A DNA stretch of 63,853 bases, the filler included, from Reticulomyxa filosa (taxonomy: Eukaryota; Protista; Foraminifera), in NCBI GenBank assembly GCA_000512085.1. It is 23 parts of 23 records of this genome, joined end to end, with 100 filler letters (N's around TTAATTAATTAA, not from the genome) between each part and the next. Parts side by side here need not be neighbours in the genome. Positions count along the whole stretch, not along the records: positions 37,845 to 39,556 come from ASPP01011408.1; positions 39,657 to 42,985 come from ASPP01024891.1; positions 43,086 to 49,748 come from ASPP01005658.1; positions 49,849 to 52,015 come from ASPP01025369.1; 19 more parts are not named here. One strand, given 5' to 3'. The stretch's first letter is position 1. The number at the start of each line of letters is the position of its first letter. A program made the position numbers and the translations under genes. The notes below the pieces were generated by a model. That model was not told the DNA's origin. It was given only the letters and a program-made list of their open reading frames with translations, and did no database searches. Shown one piece after another: positions 37,982 through 50,051 of this stretch.

Positions 37982-39130
37982 TCGTGTCGATGTAAATCCA
38001 GATGTCGAAGACACTGGAGAATGCTATGCGTCTGGATGGTCGGATGTGATATTAGGATATGTGGAAAATTTTGTGGATATTGGCATGGGGATGGTAATAA
38101 CCGATGGTCCATACCCGGGCTTCTCTTGCGCGTCTTTGTCTCACAAGTACCATGACAACTTGAATGACAGCGTATTCAGACAACAGTTTTTACAAAACCA
38201 GTTTTACATTCAAATGAAAGCCCAAAACATCTACGTTCACACTCCGGATTACTATTATTACGTCGGAGGGAACCGAAACAAATACCCTTATGCAGAGAGA
38301 ACTTATACGTTACCTCGTTGGGAAGACATGGTTACAAACAAAAACTGTTATATTTATTATTTATTTTTTTTAAAAAAAAAAAAAAATAAAATATAAAGTA
38401 TTTTCTTTTGTATATTTGTATGTATGTGTGTGTGTGTGTGTGTGAAGACGATATCACGACAATTGATGTTTGATACAAGCTATACGTATCCTCCTTCCAG
38501 TGGATGGATGTTCCTGCCCCTCATCCCCTATCATGAAGGTCCTCCCGACTCCATTTTTGTTCCCTTGTCTAAAAACATTGCCGACTACGACTGGGCTTTG
38601 GGAATGTATTTCCTCTATGCCGTGGCCGCTGAAATTCGTGGATATGAATTGTACGACAACGGTTTGGTGATGCTCATGAATACATATACACACACACACA
38701 TAAAAAGGCTTTTTTTTTGGAAAAAATCTATTTACAAATACGTATATCTCATTTATAATAAAACAAAGAGGACACAAAACAAGTCGTAATTAAATGGACA
38801 ACCATCTTTAAAAACCATCGAGATATTTTGATTAGCGATATAATTCATGTTCGAAGACCCGATAACCAATTTGTTGATTGCATCATGCATGTCAACCCAT
38901 TCTTGTCAGAGAAAGGATTTATTGCTGTCTTCAATCCGCTCACCACCACTGTCAACACTACTTTGCAAATATCGTTGTACTATACTGGTCTCTCTGGCAA
39001 AGCCTATTTGAGTCATGAGGATCAAGCTTATGTTCCGGTCACTTTGACCCAACTGTATAACTTGGCTTTGGATGTATACATGGAACCTCAAAGTATCACA
39101 TACTATGTACTTTCCGATTCTCCCAATTAA
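37982..39130 (+). CDS. Putative glycoside hydrolase (alpha-galactosidase/GH36-like uncharacterised family), 3' exons
   Basis: TDGPYPGFSCAS...H...H...DS...Q; TLPR; GWMFLPLIPYH; RGYELYD; RDILISDIIHVRRPD; HVNP; FNP; LYYTGL: motif series recalled from a family mostly annotated in bacteria as alpha-galactosidase. Confidence 0.7.
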
Positions 39131-39918
39131 TGCAAAGTTGTAATGTAGAGTGTTACTGGTTTTTGCTTTTGAATATAACTATTCTACTTTGCCTTTTGCA
39201 GCGCAAATAATATTTCAATTTAACATACATCATTTTCACTTGCGAAAAAACTACATTTGTAAGGCAATGCCCTAGCAAGTGTAAAGAGAAGCTCTGTCCG
39301 AACGTAGGAATCCATTTTATTCGAAACTACTTCTTATTCTTCACTTCTCTTTTATTTAATTCATTTTAATTTTATGAAGCTTTCTCAAAAGACTATTATC
39401 TTTAAGTTGCAGTTTTATACATACGTAACTGCAGAAAAAACTGTCGTACTTAAATACCATCTTATAAAAAGAGAGATTTTCTCCATGAAAAACAATCATT
39501 TAAATCTAAGTTTTTAAAATACAGTAGTTTGCAAAAAAAACAGTACAAAAAAAAAANNNNNNNNNNNNNNNNNNNNNNNNNNNNNNNNNNNNNNNNNNNN
39601 TTAATTAATTAANNNNNNNNNNNNNNNNNNNNNNNNNNNNNNNNNNNNNNNNNNNNGTTCATATCTTTGGTGGAGCACATAATGAAACTGACGGATATTA
39701 CCATTTTTTCATTGACCTGAGCCAGCTAATCGAGAGAAAAAGATTTAGCATGTTAATCGCTTTTGCAAGCCAGATTCGCACATTTTCCTTTTTTAACAGG
39801 ACATGTAAAAAAAAATACTGAAAATTGGAAGTTTTTTGTTTTCTTTTGATCCAGTGAAATAAAATTTGTTAAAGAAGATTTTTGTGAAATTTAGTTGCAT
39901 CAAGAAAGAAAAAAAACA

Positions 39919-41823
39919 TTAGCGTAAATAATTGAGCCTTGGATTAGAAGGGTCAGGAATATGACTAGTATTAATGACTGAGGGCATTGGTGGTGGGATC
40001 GACTGCCAGGGTTGTGTAAGCCCAACATTGAAATTGGAGATAGGTAAAGAAGGATTAAACTGAAGCAATTGAGGAGTAGGATGAAGATGAGCAGAAGTGG
40101 GAGTAGGGATTGATATTGAAGTAGGGACAGAGGCGCCAGTGGCAGCAGTAACATTAGCAGTAGTAGTACTAGCACTAGCAGTAGCAGTAGTACCATTAGT
40201 GGAATTAGCAAAAGAAGGATATTCTTTGGGGTCTTTTTTCAAGTGATGGAAATGGGTCCTTTCCTCAAAAATGGTCATTTTGGGACCGGAACGGCCAATT
40301 CCCACTTTGGCTTCATTATCCAAAGGACTTTGAAAAATGGACTCAGTAGGTCGAATCAAACTGCCATGTAACCTTTTCTGCGACTTTTTGATTCCTTTCG
40401 TTATAAATCTTTGCCAAGAGTGTTGTTTATTTTTTCTCTCAATTTCGTCTCTTAATTGGTCATGCTTTCTTTTAATTGATTTGATCTTCTTTTGTCTTTT
40501 TTTGCGTTCCATGACCGTTTCATCATCTCCATTTTTTTTCCACAGTGTTTGTGGAATATTCACTTTGGTTTCCAAAGTCAAAAAGCCTTTTTTATCCTTT
40601 TCAATTCGAATGGTTCCATGTTTTGGGTTTGGGTTATTGTCGTTATTATTATCATTCGCATTGGGATGTCCGGCTTTGTTATTTGCAATCACAGTATTGT
40701 TATTGCATAATTGGATATCATACAAAGCCACGGTCGCCCTCGTGTCGTATTTATCAAACTCGACGACATAACGGCCATCGCTTTCAATGGCTATGACAGT
40801 GGCGCGATGGAACGTCCCGTCTTCCTCCCACATGGCCTTCACTCGCGTCCCGACAAACACTTGCGTCACCAAAGGGGGCACATACGTGCGCATAAACTTT
40901 GTGCATGTATTGTACTCGCGACTATAATCCAATATTCGGACGCGATACCATTGGTACTTGGACAGCTTATTCGTATTCACACTTTTATTGTTCGCCGCAT
41001 TGCTCAACAACAGTTCTTCTTTCACCGCGTCAGATATCGCTTCCAGTACCACTGCCATGTACCATCGTCGATCTGGCTCGTATTTAACCTTTTCATCATT
41101 GTTATTATGGATAAAAAAAAAAAAAAAAAAAAAGTTAGTTCGGAAAATCGCAAACGCACAAAATAAATGAACAAACTTGACATCTTTCGCCAATTTCGTA
41201 ATGCGATTTTTCAATACCCCATTCTCTTGGAATGACTTTGGTTTCGTTTGTCTTGTTTGTGCTGAGTAGAGTTGGATGAGTAAGTGCAGCAGTAGCAGAG
41301 GCAGCAGTGATTGTTCCGTCGTCAATGCCAGCGTTTTTCATATCAATGTCGCCACCAGCAATATCGTCTTGGTGGCCATTATGGGGATGCATCGCTGTCA
41401 TATCAGCGCTGCCCAAGGGGGGACCTACTATATCAACGCTCATTGATGGCTTCACGTCGATCGAGGTCGCTGTTCCTTGGAGTTGTTGCTGTTGCAATTG
41501 CTGTTGTTGCTGCTGTTGTTGCTGTTGCAGCTGTTGCAATTGCTTGTCTTTTATTGGATCATATGTTTTCGCTGTCTTCGTATGCACCACTTTTTCTGTT
41601 AATGTTATCACCTCTTCTAGATCTTTTTTTAACTATGTTTTATTTTATTTACACATACATGCTGTTTACACTGCACATTTGTCATATAAAAAGTATATGT
41701 TTTTTTTGTTACAGTTAAGAGGTTTTCACTATATGGACTGGAGGACAGTAAATGCTTGACACGTTTTAGTTGCTCTTTTGATCTCTGCAATTTTGTTTGC
41801 AGCTCTTCAAGATTTTCGGTCAT
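39919..41823 (-). CDS. SPF30: Splicing factor SPF30/SMNDC1-like Tudor protein, 3 exons
   Basis: N-terminus LEELQTKLQRSKEQLKRVKHLLSSSPYSENLLT|LKKDLEEVITLTE; Tudor VGTRVKAMWEEDGTFHRATV; C-terminus KNKQHSWQRF...ESIFQSPLDNEAKVGIGRSGPKMT. Confidence 0.88.
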
Positions 41824-42178
41824 CTTTGTCCCTTCTTCTCTCCCTTTATGAAGCAAAAAAGTTTGAGATGAAAAAGCACAGGTCCCTTGGCTGCGGCAAG
41901 CACTGGACTGAAGATTACAACAAGATAAGATATCTCACAAACTTGTAACATCAAAGGATGCCATTGATGGCTCAAGCAAAAGTCTTTTGTACTTATATTT
42001 TCACAAGCCAAAAAAAGCAAACAAAAGTGGATGATATTTTTTATAATTGCTACCCATCTTCCTGCGTATCATCGCAAAGAAAGTCAACAAAGCCAAACAA
42101 AAATGTTTCCACCCCTTCCCTCCCCCTCAAAAAAAACCCCAAGCTTTATAAAAAGATTCCAAAAAATGCTCTTCTTTG

Positions 42179-42918
42179 TTAGTCAATCTTTTCCGTTCCT
42201 GCTGCCATTTGAATGAAGATTTGTTCCAAAGTGGTTTGATTCAGTGCATAACTCTTGATGTTTATTTTTTGTTTCACTTCTTCCAATGTTTCAAACATCT
42301 CTGCCAATCCATATTCCTCTGGTGCTGTGATCTGTATTATTTTTTTAAAAAAATTAAACCATTAGTGACAGCATTATAAAAAAAAAAAAGTGTATATGTA
42401 TATTTTAAGATCTTAACTCGTATTTTTAAACTATTTCCATGACTTTCCAAGACGATGACATTGGTCTGCCCAAACTCGGCCTGTAAGACATTTGTCAAAT
42501 CTGCTTGGACACCAGGATCAACATCCATATCCAATTGATAGCCTTTGCCATAACGAGATTTTAAGCGTTGAGCAGTTCCCAAGCAACGGAGTTGTCCTAA
42601 CACCATAATACCAATGCGATGGCACAACGCTTCACACTCTTCCATTGAATGCGTTGTCAATATCACTGCACGATGGTGCATTGTTTGGGAGATGAAGTCC
42701 CACATGTGTCGTCTTGAAACAGGGTCCATGCCAGAGGAAGGTTCATCCAAAAAGACAATAGGAGGATTACCAATCATTGCCAATGCCACTGAAAGCTTTC
42801 GTTTGTTTCCACCACTGTACGTGCCAGCTGGTTTGTTGACATACTCATCCAAAGTCAACGTGGTGACCAAGTTATTTGTTTGTGCTTGAATTTCCTCAGC
42901 GGACAATCCTTTGACTAT
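42179..42918 (-). CDS. ABCA: ABC transporter subfamily A, second NBD and C-terminus
   Basis: [37 protein letters not shown]; [14 protein letters not shown]; [18 protein letters not shown]; last exon [16 protein letters not shown]. Confidence 0.95.
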
Positions 42919-43085
42919 TGTATCAATACATGCATATATATTTATATATATATATGTATATATATGTATATATATGTATATATATNNNNNNNNNNNNNNN
43001 NNNNNNNNNNNNNNNNNNNNNNNNNNNNNTTAATTAATTAANNNNNNNNNNNNNNNNNNNNNNNNNNNNNNNNNNNNNNNNNNNN

Positions 43086-44975
43086 CGTTTCAGGAGCACG
43101 CGACGGGTCCATTGTACTGTGGACTGTTAATTGGTTTGTTGCTTTCATATTTTATACAAAATAAATTAACAACAATAATATATACGCATTATATACATAT
43201 ATACATATATGTATACGTATATATTATTGTTGTTACATTCTTTGCAAAATCGAAACACAAATAAAGCTTATCACAACATACAACCCCAAAATCTGTGTAT
43301 GTGTTTGTGGGACAAATGGACGGATGAAGCAAATCGACCAAACTACCAAGACAACCAGTGTTGGGGAAACCCTATCGCTTGCTATCAGTCCATTTTGACA
43401 GCGTGCGTGCGATTGAAATCAACACGAAACTGGGAGTGATTGTTTCGGCCGCCGACGATCAAACTCTGGCCTTGTACAGCATCCCACGCAAGAAATTTGT
43501 TCGTCGACTCTTTTTCAGTGGCAGAGACGAACAAGATGGGAAGGATGAAAACACTCCGCTGCGAGAGACTGTAAAAATTGTGATAAGCGACTTGGGATAT
43601 ATCGTGTTGCATTCGATCGAGGACACCACGCCGGTATTACGCGTTTTCTCATTGAATGGCGTTTTGATCAATCTTTTGCGACTGAATGAAATCCTGTTTG
43701 GAATGGCTTTAGATCAAACCGGCAAAATTTTGATCACCGGAGGTCAAGCATGTACCCTTTCATTTCGATATATTCATAAGTTAAGAGTGTGTTGGGTCTG
43801 TCTGTGAAGCACTTTATTTTTTTTTTTAATTGTATACAAAGCCATGAATAATAAACAATAATAAATAAATGATAAATAAATTAATAAATAAATTAATAAA
43901 TAAATAATTAATAAATTAATAAATAAATAAATAAACAAGTCTTCAATTGATTCAAGAAGTAACCGTGCTCGAAAATCAAAACAAAAGAAAGCCAAGAGAA
44001 AACATCGAAATGGACGAGCTGGACATGGACGACCTGTCAACCCCGAAGAACGATGACGACAATAAACCAGTGCTTGATTTCAACGACAGCAAGGACCACC
44101 ACAGCGAAAATAGCGGCAAAGAGAAAAAGAAAGTAAAGTTTAACGAAAATGTGCACAGTCCGCGAACAGCGCTGACTGCATACAAGCTGAATGCACTGAC
44201 GCCCAGACAGACGCATTCTCCCGCTTGGCGCAACCAAAAAAAAGTGACGCAACATGCAAATGACCCGGAACTGGTAAAGCGCGCGTCCATAAGCATGTCG
44301 TTGAAGAACAAGCGCAAGTCTATGCTGTCGCAAAGGCGCAGGACGTCTCGAAGCTCTGTGAACCCCGGGGAGAGCGGTGCCAATACTGTGCGGTCCACTC
44401 ATTTCCATGGCCGGTTTTCCTTTGTCGACGGAGCTGCGATCCTAAGCGCCTCGCATATCATTGACATTGCAATTGACCCCAATAATCTTTTCCTCATTGT
44501 CGCATGTTTGGACGTGGAGAAGGAGCTATGCAAGCTGTTGTTTTATCCTTTGCCAAACACAAAGTACGAGAAAACTTTGAGTTGTATTGTAAGTCCGTTC
44601 ATCCAGTTGAGTTGCAAAGACGCGCTATTCTAATCTTATTATATTATATTATATTATATACATACATATACACACATATATATGTGTATATATATATATA
44701 CATATATATATATATTTATATGTATGCATATACGTACATATATATATATAATTGGTAATATGCTTGTGGTGTAGATATTGGAAAATTCACAGCGATCAAT
44801 TTGGAGTGTGTCTCGAAAAGGCACAGAAGAAAATTTGTCCACTGACAAAGAAGCCAAACAGGGATTTGTCAACGAAACTCTCCAAAATGTGAGAGAAACA
44901 TCAACCAAAGTGTTTGGAAATGTCAAGTCTTTTTTCAAGAGAGCCACTACCGATGAAAACAATACTGAACAGTGA
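43086..44975 (+). CDS. C-terminal WD40 region of a probable BEACH-domain protein
   Basis: SGARDGSIVLWTV; KPYRLLSVHFDSVRAIEINTKLGVIVSAADDQTLALYSI...FVRRL; VISDLGYIVLHS; LRVFSLNG; ILITGG: pattern of neurobeachin/LvsC-type C-termini; BEACH domain itself not in the contig. Confidence 0.62.
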
Positions 44976-45552
44976 TGTATGTAAAAATAAAAATAAATAA
45001 ATAAACAAAAACTTTAGAATATAAATTTTCATTTCTGCAATTGGTTGAGTCAAACTTCGCCAGTCTTTTTTCCCCTCTTTTTCATTATTTTGATGGAAAC
45101 AAATTTCACATTTATGCGTTTGCATTGATTCTGTGGGTTTGTTTTTGAAAGCATATTTGTTGACTTTTGAGGGGAAAAAAAAAGTGACGAAACGCTTGGG
45201 CGCAATCGAGATTGTTGATTGGTAGTGTGGTGAATGTTCGTTGTGCCCACAGCACAAACATTTGATAATTTACTTTGCACAAGTGTCAATACTCGGTTTC
45301 ATTGACATGGGAGTGGTTTTAATACACATGCTTTTAAACTTTTTGTCCATTTTTTTTGTTTGAAAAGTTTTAAAACTGAAAATATCACATTTGTGTATGT
45401 TTCAATAAAACAAGTTTAAAAAGGCTTCTGCACATAAAAGAGATCAAAGAAGCTTGACCGTTGTTTTTTTTCCAGTACACAAAGAGAGCTTTTACTAACA
45501 GGCTGCTTTTTTTTGTGCTTGAATCGAAGCTAACAAAAATACACAAAGGTAA

Positions 45553-47367
45553 ATGTCTCAAGGGAATGATGAAGAACAAACAACAATGTCAGTTGATAAT
45601 GCTGTGCATTCGTCTCGTAAATTGCAATGCAACGCAAGACTAACAGAAGTGTTTGCGCTTTACTTGTTAGGAGTATCAAACATATCTCCAAACTCAATTT
45701 CGCCAAAAGAATATGCTTTTGTCTCTGGAAAAAAGGTTCTAATTGTACAATTTCCACAATTTTTTTTCTTCTATCATATTGTCATTAATTTTCGCTGATT
45801 AATTTTTCCGTTCTAAAAAATATATGTATGAGAAGAAATGGGAATTGAATAAACGTTTACCTGTTGAGTTGTATCTAACAATGCATCGTGCAGCACTACA
45901 TCAACGTTTGCCAGAAGTGAAGAACGCACCGACAATTAAAAAAGGAGACAGACATGCGGGGTTGAGAAGCTACTTTGCAGACAAGTAAAAAAAAAGAAAC
46001 TTCTGTTGAATTTTCTTAGGAAATTTCTTATCCTGGAAAAGTTAAAGAGGAAGAGTTTGGCTGTGTTTGTACCATTGGGGGAAAAAAAAAAGGATCTTAC
46101 AAATGATTGGTAAATTATGTGATATAAACATGGAAGCAATGGAACAAAAGTATGCAGCAGCGTCAAAGGAAAAAAAAGAGCAGAAAACAGACAGTGCCGA
46201 AAGCAATTTGACATTGAGTGAGTTTGTGTATGAAGACATTCGGCAAGTCCATATGATGAGCCACGAATTGGACAGTAAAACACGACAAAGCTATTTGAAT
46301 GAGCCTTACCTAATTGGAGGTCATAACAATGTGATAGCCTCCGAATCGACACAAAATCGGTATGCAAAATTTAAGGAAGTTGCATGTCGAGATTTGTCAC
46401 GAAGTTTTGATGATAATTCAACGGACAATTTCTCAACCCTTTGCGCTGAAGAAAATCCCAATTTTCACTTTTCAATTCCGGTGAGTATATTAATGCAACA
46501 GCAAAGACAAGTATGTCCTCAATGTAAAAGAAGGGTGTATTTGTACTGTGCAGATTGTGTTTTGCCATTACCATTGCAAGTGCCAGCCAGAGACGATAAT
46601 CACAACAATACCATTACTGATAATAGTAATAATAATAATGATAATAACACGACCGGAGTGGAGGATGAAAAAAAAATACAGACAACACAGCCATCCATGT
46701 ACACTCAAATGAGTTTACCAAAATTACATTTGCCTATCAAAATCGATATCATACGCCATCCGAAAGAAGCAGTCACTGTGTGCTCTAGTATTCATGCTTG
46801 TATCCTTGCTCCTGATGATGTCAAAATGTATGAGTTTCCACATATCCCCGATTATAAAGGTGAACCAGATACCTACTTTTTATACCCTTCTCCAGTTTAA
46901 ATTGCAAAAAAAAAAATAATTATGTGTACATATTTTATTTATTTGTTGTATTCTTCTTTCTCTCAAAAAATGGTGAACAACAACCAACACAACAAAAGAA
47001 AGCAACATATTTGGATGAAATGGATTTGAGTCATGTCAAAAAAATAATTGTAATTGAGAGTCGATGGAGTGGGAATAAAACCATTTATGAACACCCCTCT
47101 TTTGAAGATCTTCCCCATGTCAAAATACGTAATCGTCAAACCTTGTATTGGAGATACCAAGAACACTCCAGAGAATATCTCTCCACTATCGAGGCTATTT
47201 ATTACTCTGTTGTTGACTGCTTTCAGTCGCAAGCGGAACAACGATCTAAATACGATGGTTCTTTGGATGATTTATTACTTTTGTTTGCTTACAACTATCA
47301 AAGAATTCGAAAAGAATTGCAAAATCAAAACAAACGTTTACCGAGAGTGTGGAACAAAAATGGCTAA
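45553..47367 (+). CDS. DTWD1: DTW-domain tRNA-uridine aminocarboxypropyltransferase with N-terminal extension
   Basis: RQVCPQCKRRVYLYCADCVLP; LPIKIDIIRHPKE...SSIHACILAPDDV; FLYPS; TLYWRYQ; YLSTIEAIYY; DDLLLLF; the DxTW motif reads ESRW. Confidence 0.83.
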
Positions 47368-48024
47368 ATTTGGACTTTTTTATGTCATCTTTTAATATCC
47401 TCTTTTATTCAAACAACAAATTCGATTTAAGCAGTCTTTTTTTGAAACGTTCAATAATATAAATTATTCTATCATTTGATCCACTTTCGACTTAATTCAT
47501 TATTTGTTTTTATTTTTTAGTGCTCATCTGTCGTATCATTAACTCTAATTTTCATCAAGTAGCTCCTTTTTCGTACAAGTTATTCGCTGTTTATGTAATT
47601 TTTTTAATTTTTCTTTCCTAAGCGTTAGTTAATTTAATTTTTTGTTAACGTTTGTTTGCATGAAGAGTAACATCTAATCCCTAAGCTTGTGGATGAGTGC
47701 ATACTTCTTACAATGTAAAATAAGACCTGATCATTGCAACATTCATCTCTGTGAACAAAAGATTATTCCATATATCAAAGAAGTCGCATTACAAGGAAAA
47801 AATCCTATTATTTTGAGAACAAGTAAAAATAGCAATTTACCTCAATTAATTGAAAAAGTACTATCCCTTATTCCGAGGAAATTACTGCTTCTAAAAATTT
47901 TCTTTTCCCCAAGCATTAAAAAAAAACATGATTACATCACAGTAATAGAACCACACAAAAGAAGCAAATTTTAAAAGTTGAATCAAAGGACACAAGTGGA
48001 AATAACATATACAACAAAGGGAAT

Positions 48025-48911
48025 TTAGGGGACAGGTGCCACGGTAACGGCTGCACGATCTACTGATTCGATGACCAAAATAAAATCTCTAATGACATAG
48101 CAGTAGTAAAAAATCAAAAGGAGCCATATAACTGGCATAATAATAGCCGTTGGCGAAAGGATCGCAACGTAAATGAGGAAAATGAATTCCAATACTAAGT
48201 TGGCGACCATGTAAAACAAGTACCATCGCAAGTACGTCGCATTGAAGCGTGAGGCCCCTGCACAACATTCACAAAATCAAAAATTTGCTCCAAATTATGT
48301 TTTTTTTAAGAAGAAAAAAATCACTATATAACCTTGGAATCCGTAGAAACACATGACCAGTGCCAAGGCCGCGAACAAAAACAGCCACCAAAGGCCCACA
48401 ACGAGTAACACAATTGCAGCGAGTACCCAATAACAGATCTGCAAGACCGCCATTACCTCTGTAACAAAAGCAAACGACCCATCATAATTTTTTCATAGAA
48501 CCTGCACAACGTAGATACATGTACTCCTGTTCGCCTTTTTTTTCCTACGCAACGTATGCCAACAGGATAGGAGAAGCATAGGCAACAAGTGCGATCGCCC
48601 AGCTTAGATAATATGGCTGCTTGACGGTTGGTGACAGAAACGACTTGAACTGGTGCCATTACTTGTTGTTGTTGTTGTTGTGTTGAAACAACTGCCACTG
48701 ACGTCGCGAACTGTTGGTTAGTTTGGAATTGTTGGTTAGTTTGGAATTGCTGGTTTGGGAATTGCTGGTTTGGGAATTGCTGGAATTGTTGGGGCGGGAA
48801 TTGCTGGAATTGCTGGCCTGGGAATTGCTGAAACTGTTGAGGTGGGAATTGCTGCGTTGGCCGGAATTCTTCAACAGGTTCAAACTGAGTTGGTTGTCCT
48901 TCTTCTTGCAT
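48025..48911 (-). CDS. Four-TM membrane protein with N-terminal QQF(P/Q) repeats, 3 exons
   Basis: About ten QQF repeats, CCLCFSYPVGIR juxtamembrane motif, then four hydrophobic helices (LAPTM/tetraspan-like topology), TAA at 48025. Confidence 0.7.
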
Positions 48912-49156
48912 TGTTTTCGGTCAAAATACTTTCGATAAAGAACTAGCAAACTGATTTACAAAAAGAAAATTTTTAGCTTTTTTGAGATTTCTTCCCCCTT
49001 TTTTCCTGCTAGTTTACCTCTAGTTTTGCTTGAGTTGTTCGACACCAGGGGCAGAGATTTAACGCAACTGCATCACAACTGACAAAACACTTGTAAAAAA
49101 GACAAATACTAACTGATTGTAGTTTTAAACCTGGGACGTAAAAAAGAATTTTATCA

Positions 49157-49310
49157 CAGTAGAATAAAAAAGAAAGCTGACACATTAAACTGCACTTTAT
49201 AACGCAGATTAATTTTTTCCTTGAAAAAACAATACTTAATCAAAATTTTTTTTCATTTAAAAAAATATCTATGAATCGTGTAGTTTTTAAATATCGTTTT
49301 AGTTTTTATT
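49157..49310 (+). mobile_element. Tc1-family terminal repeat copy (diverged)
   Basis: CAGTAGAATAAAAAAGAAAGCTGACAC...GTGTAGTTTTTAAATATC homologous to the end of the transposase-bearing element at 53679. Confidence 0.75.
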
Positions 49311-49584
49311 TTATCTTTCGAAATGTTTCATCAAAATCTTTTTTTAAATTTAAGAGTGTTATTTATTTTATTTTGGTATCTTTGCTCTTTCAAGGCAATC
49401 TTATGATTGTAAAGAAAAATTCTTTTTTTTAATAAAAAGACTTGTTTAATTGGTGATTATTGCTTGCACAAAACCAATGAACAATTTTTCTTTTTCTTTT
49501 TTTTCTAGCTTGTTCGACCGAATTTTAATGTCATTCATCAACAAGTTCTGTCTTGATGTCGCAATGTTTTCATCTAGTCAAATA

Positions 49585-49748
49585 CAGTAAGATAAAAAAG
49601 AAAGTTGACACCTAAAATGCCACCTTATAGAAGTGATTGTGTTTCTACATGAAAAAACAACATTTAACCAAAATTTTTTTTTTAAAATATCTACTAATTG
49701 TGTAGTTTTTAAATATCATTTTGGTTTTTTATTAAGTATTTACAATTT
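49585..49748 (+). mobile_element. Tc1-family terminal repeat copy
   Basis: TA|CAGTAAGATAAAAAAGAAAGTTGACACCTAAAATGCCAC..., closely similar to 53679-53826. Confidence 0.85.
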
Positions 49749-49848
49749 NNNNNNNNNNNNNNNNNNNNNNNNNNNNNNNNNNNNNNNNNNNNTTAATTAA
49801 TTAANNNNNNNNNNNNNNNNNNNNNNNNNNNNNNNNNNNNNNNNNNNN

Positions 49849-50051
49849 ATACAATTCGTTTTTGGGACATTCGAAACAATAAACAATTGCATATGATCAA
49901 AGGAAATGAAAATGAGGATGGTGGAATACGTTCTCTTACATTTTTACCATTAAAAAATAAAGAAAATGTAAGCAAAAAACCTAATGGCAGTGTTTGCAAT
50001 GTCAATTTGTGTTATGGTTCAAATAAAGGTCCCATTCGTATTTGGGGATAA
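49849..50051 (+). CDS. 3' end of a WD40 subfamily A gene
   Basis: TIRFWDIRNNKQLHMIKGNENEDGGIRSLTFLPLK...NLCYGSNKGPIRIWG*, same ending as the genes at 17625 and 31487. Confidence 0.85.
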
